From an uncultured Planctomycetales bacterium (GTDB taxonomy: Bacteria > Omnitrophota > Gorgyraeia > Zapsychrales > JANLHA01), in the NCBI GenBank assembly GCA_964374105.1, contig CAYJXI010000009.1, positions 1-60,606 of the forward strand: DNA of 60,606 bases. Direction: 5' to 3'. The notes beneath the pieces are model-generated. The model was not told the origin of the DNA. It was given only the letters and a program-made list of their open reading frames with translations, and ran no database searches. Shown here in pieces: positions 54,001 through 60,000 of this stretch. A program made the position numbers and the translations under genes. Each line of letters opens with the position of its first letter. Within the stretch, counting starts at the first letter, position 1.

Positions 54001-57000
54001 CCCTTGGCCGGTCGAAGAGAATAGAGATGCCAAAAACTTCTGCCTTACCAAGAATCAGAAGTCAAAAATCTCAATCAAGTCAAACCGATGAACGTTCACG
54101 ATTATACGACATAGCCGAAGGGATTAATAGAGGAAGCAGAGAAGATTTGGCAAGTGAGAGTTCTTTTTCGACTCCTCAAGTCAAGGCTATGTCAAAGATC
54201 GTTGAGAGATTAACAAAAACAATCCCAGGATTTAAACCCGAGTTAGGTCAGACCGCTTTGGGTTATGCCACATTAGAAAGCGCAGAGAGGGCTGCCGAGG
54301 GCAAAGGAGACATCTTGCTTTGGGTCTCTCCCCAGGGAAGAGGAAAAACAACAATAGGAGTTCCTTCAGCCATGGAAGCCGCAAAGAGAGAAAATATCCC
54401 GATTGTTTATTCGGCCTCGGATGAGGCTAATGCAGCCAAGATTGTGATAGAAGCCGAACGTCTTTTAGGCCCTGGTGCAGTTGATCGAGTTCAATATGAA
54501 AGGGGAAGACCAGTTCTTCAAGAACTCAAGAAAGGCCGCGTTGTTGTCATGACCATCCGGGAACAGCAGGAATTCCAATCCCGCGGCAAACTTTCGAATG
54601 TCTTTGGTTTGTTAGATGAAGCCCATCGGACAACCTCTGCGGCACCCTTAGTCGAAGGCCCGGCCCGCGGGATCGGCAGGGATATGCTCTCAAGCGAACG
54701 AGGCCGAATTGAGGTTAAAAGATTGAAATTCAAAGAACAACTGGAGCATAACATTGCGCTTATGGATACGGTCAGAGAAGTGGCTGGTGAAATCGGCGGG
54801 AAAGATCCCTGGATCATCGTTAAGAATCAGGAAGATCAAAGCGGGAACCCCATTGGCGAGGCATTTGAGAGCAGAGACGTGGCGGTTGATATTTACGGAA
54901 ATGTTTTGAAAGATAATAATGGCAATGCCATCCGGCCTAAACAGATCATTTTAGAAAGATTTGCTCAGAGACCCGAATCCAAGGCTTATGAATTTACGGA
55001 AACAGAGATGAACGCATTACTAAATTCTGGTGTCCGTATGCTCATGAGCGAAATGAATGCACCCCGTGTCGCCTATAAAGAAGGAAGAGACGGCAAAATC
55101 GAAGATTATGCCCCCATTGATATTGACACCGGGGAGGCCAAGTGGGGACAGATTTTTGGAGATCCAACGGGGGGTCTTAATCCCGATGGGCGTATGGCCA
55201 TTGCCTCCCAAGGGAAAAAGGCCTCGCTAGACCTTTATATTGATAATGTCTTAAGCAAAACAACGAAAGAAACAACCGGGATTGATGTCATCAAAGGAAT
55301 GAGCGGATCAATCTTGGCGACCGGGACATCGGATTTAGCTATGGATATGATCGCCAAAAGAAAAGTCCAGACCAATCCTCAAATTAAATTGGGTGAGATG
55401 GCTGCCAAACTCATTCTTGATGACGGCAATAGTCCTAATTCGCGAGCAATAGCCGCGGTTGATCGGACCTTAGCCCATATCAATTCTAGGGAAGGAAGGG
55501 ATACGAATCTGGTCATTATCGACAGCAGTATTCCAACAGACCGGGAATATCATCGAAAGCAGCTGGAAGGGTTAAAGGGGTATACCTTTGTTGAGAAAAC
55601 CGGGGAAGAACTGGCCAATTTCGTAAAAGATTTTAATGAAGGCAAAGTCAAGGGCAAGGTTATTCTTTCTACCCAAGTGTATGATGGGATTTCTTTCGAA
55701 GGGCCAGGGAAGATTCATATGATCTTGGCCAATGCTACTTCAGAAAATAATCGGAACCAGGCTTTTACCCGCGGCGGATCAACTCCTGAACTGGCTAAAC
55801 GCAGAACCCCGATGACCGCGGAACAAATCATGAATATGAACGATCCCCAGTTCGATCATAAGACAAGAACTCGGTTAGCCCTAAGAAAGCTAGAGTTAAA
55901 GCAGGCGGAAAAAGAGGCAGGGGTTAATCCCCAAACCGGCGAGATTGTAAGTTTTGATCCCGCCAAGATCGAGAGAGTCAAGACAGCCAGGGTTAATCTG
56001 CAGGCTGAACTTGAAGGAGTAGCGCATCAGTTGGCAAGCCGCGCCCAAACACCAAGTTTAAGACAAGTTTCTCGATTAAGTCAAAAGGCAGAAGGGGAAA
56101 GATATTCTGAACAAGAAATCATGCAAAGAATCGAGGAATACGAAACAGCCCAGTTAACGAGCCGGGCCAAGTGGGCGATGGAATCAACCGGACAGAAAAG
56201 GGTTGATATCTCTTTTGAGAACAACAAGGGTTACGAGACCTTTGTCTTGGATGCGACCCAAAAGTCAGGTGTTCGGCCGATCAGCATTTCGGCAACAGCA
56301 AGCCTCCCCTTAAACTATGGTCTTGTTTTACAGTCTGGCCAGACCCTAGATCTCGATCAGCATTTGATCTATGAAGACGATAAAGATGGAAATCGCTCTC
56401 AAGAACCCACGGCAATTGTGCAGTATACGCCGGTCGTGGAAAACAATGTGCCTCGTATGGAGACCAAGGTTCTGCCATTAACCAACGGGAGATATTTTAC
56501 GAAAGATATCCAACAGGGCTTTAAGAGTGATCTTGCGTTAGAGAAAGTGACTTATGAGATTGGGACGAAAAAACAGGATAAGCCTAAGCTCACCCATTAC
56601 CTTGTGCGGGCAACGCCTCAAATTCGTCAGGAATTTGGATTTACCGAAGCGCAGGATCAAGAAGGTCTTGTTAAGGTTCCTAAAGAACATTTTGAACGCG
56701 CAATAGCTCTTAATGAAAACAAAAATTTACGAAATCAAAAATTCAGCGAGATCCTCGGGAAAATCCAGGGCTCAGTGATAGCTGATCTGATGAGCGCCGA
56801 AAGATACCAGAAGGCAAGTCAAAGAGAGACCGAGATAAGAAAAGCCGTTGAGTTGGCCTTATCCGAGGTCAGTGAGGTTGATAAACTCACCCTAAGCGAA
56901 ATGGGTTCGAGTGAAAAAGAATTTTTAAAGAGAGCCTTGGATTCTAAAGATGATAAGGCCGAGGTTGTGATGTTTGATGTCAACAAAGATGAGCTGCGTC

Positions 57001-60000
57001 AGGAGATTGCAAAGACTTTGGATAGTTTGGTTGAAACCAAACAGATTTCTAAGAAAGAACGCGTTCAATTCGAACATCAAATGAAGGATCGGTTGATCGG
57101 CGGGCATTACGGCTTGGGCGGGAAATTTACCGGCCATGGCCGAGAGACAGTTTATATGTTCAAAAACGCCGATGAGGCGGAAGACTTGTTGACCGAAATT
57201 GGGCGAGAGGAAACCGAAAGACCGCAGAGAATAGCGCAAGGCGTGCTGCACGAAACCATCGGTTTGGTCAGCAAGGTCGATGAATATCTTGATGAAAGAG
57301 GCCATGAAGAGAATGTGGCTATCCAGCGGCAATGGAATGAATTATTAGGGAAGGTAGCACCTCAAGAACGAAGACAGGCCGCCTTAAAATCTAAAGAGGC
57401 GAGTGACACGAAAGATTATGCCATTTTAGCTACGCCCAAAGAACTCGTTCCTCAAGTCGCTCCACAACCCGGTATAGAGACCCCAATTCAGTTGACGCCT
57501 GTTTTACCGACTATGCCAACCCTTACCCCCATTCTTCCCTTAGGTCGCAAAACGGAAACTAAGAAGAAAAAGGAAACAGAATTAGCCGTTTCATCTAAAC
57601 CAGTAAGGAGAGATACGGCGATCCTCACCCAGGTGAGACCCGGCATGTTCGATCGATTCAGGTCCCGCCTAACACAGATGGGCGGGATAACCGCGGTGGG
57701 GCTGTTAGGATTTTTTAGCCCGACACCCAAATTGGAGGCGCAGTCACAAGAAAGTGTTGAGTTCTATCAAGCCAGTGATGAACAGCATAAAAGCGATTTT
57801 GGCTTCCCGCAGGCCAAACAAGAGCTTTCCCTTAATCTAGACCAGATGCTTGACAGTTTACGCGCTGACCGCGGCGGGATTGTTCCTGCGGAAATCAATG
57901 CGCCAAACCTTATGAAAATTGCCGGCAGCCTGCCGAAGTCGAGGCCGACGTTTGAAGATTTTACGAAGGCCGTTTCCCGCGAACTGAAAACCAGATATGA
58001 CCGCTACAATAAAGGCCAGATGTCAGCCGCCGAAGTTGAGGAGCTGGCGAAAATGGAAGGCGAGGTCCTGCGCTGGACGTATAAATTTTGGGATCACAAT
58101 GTGGCTTACGATACAGAGGGTGTGCGTACGGGTGCGTGGAAAATCGGCGACCTTCACCATGCCGTCGTTGGTAATCCGAACCTTCCTGGCCGGCCGCGGA
58201 CCGGGGTGTGCGATTCCTGCAGTGACCTCACCACGATGACCTTAAACGAACTCGGGTTCGGTCATAAAAAAGACAGTGTTTCGAAGGTCGGTGTCAAGGT
58301 GAATTTTGCCGGCAGGGATCAGGATGCAGGCGGCGGGCATACGGCCGTGCTGTGGAAGGGCGTCAAAGCAAACGGCATCATTGACTTAACCCAAGGTGTG
58401 AAGGGAGATCTCAATACCGATGTGAAACACAAGGTCCTTTGGGTAAACACACAAAACGGTAAAAGGTTCATTGATTTAAGCCGGGAAGATTTGGCCGATG
58501 TCACCGGTGAGACCTTCGGCAATCTCCTGGAATTCAAGAAGACCTGGGTGGCAGCCAATAAATTGATTGAGAATCACAACGCGACCATTGCCTTGGTTAA
58601 CAGCGGCCGCACGCCGTTAGATCTCATTATGCCATCCCTGGAAGACATTGCCTATAAGACCGGTGTCTTAAAAGGATCGCCGGCCACGGCCCATCGACCC
58701 GAATTGAGGAAAAATTTAGAGCAGTTAAGTATTGGGGTTGCCCAAAGCATGGCGACCGCCAGATACAACGACGGTGTCAAGACCCACGAGCGGCTGGTCA
58801 ACAAACTGAACGAGGCCAATCAGCTGGCTAATGACGGAAAATTCAACGAGGCCATCAAGCTTTACGATTCTGTCAAGAAAGACGCTCAGGATCATGCGGC
58901 CCGTTTGGAAAAATCGCCGCTGGTGAATATCAAAAAGGCGGATATGGACGGACGGAGGATTATCAGCGAAATTCACAAGGCCGCCGAGGTCGCCGAGCAG
59001 AACCGCCAGGCGGCGGAACATAATAAAACTATAGGCGCTCGGGGCGTTAAGACCGCGGCGGTCAGCGGCTCTGTCCAGGGTGCCATTGAGGCCATGAACA
59101 GATTTAATGAGAGGTTAAATCTGGCCAACCGCGAGTTTAAGAAAGGCAATTACGAAGAGGCCAGACGGCAATACGATTCCATAAAGAAAGAAATTTCGAA
59201 AACCGTCGAGTCGTTCAATGCCTCAGCGTTGGCCAAATTAACCGAAAGCGAATCGAATCTGCAGGATGAACAGGGCCGAGCAGTGAGCGGTAAACAACTG
59301 ATTGGCAACATCGATCAGTTGCGCAAAGTTGCCGAGAGCAATCTTAAGGCTACCGAGCAGAATATTCATACGGGTCAGTATAACAATCTGGTGAAGCAGT
59401 TTAATGACTATGCCAATGCCCGGAATCTTAATGAGGTTTTGAGGAACATCGGCAATGTCAGCCGTGAGGCCGACCGTTTCGCTAAGGAGCCGGCGGTTGA
59501 AACCAAAATGCGTGACGCCTTCAAAGAATTGAAGAAGCAGGCCGACAAGGTGATTCAGCAAAAAACAGAATCCGGCGCGCTCATGCCGTCGGCAAAAGCG
59601 GAGGTTCAGTTGGCCATGGCTCCGATCAAGGAGTTGGCGCCGGCCAAGGATTCCGTAGGGCTTACCGCTATCTCCTTGGCGCAGACGCCAAGTTCACTTG
59701 TGCTAGCCCGGGCCAAGGGCATGACTTCATTGCCAGAGGAGAGGTATGCGGAATTTGATAAGATCAATGACACCTTGCTTATGAAACAGATTTCCCTAGA
59801 ATCTCTGAAAATGAAGTTATCCAACATCCCAGCGGCCGAACGTACCGAGCAGGAGAGGATTCAAAAGCAGATTGCATCGGTCGAAACCGAGATTAGGATA
59901 TTGGAAGAATTGAATCAGAAGATTTCAGAGACCCTGGATACTTTGGTTGAAACCAAACAGATTTCTAAGAAAGAACGCGTTCAATTCGAACATCAAATGA

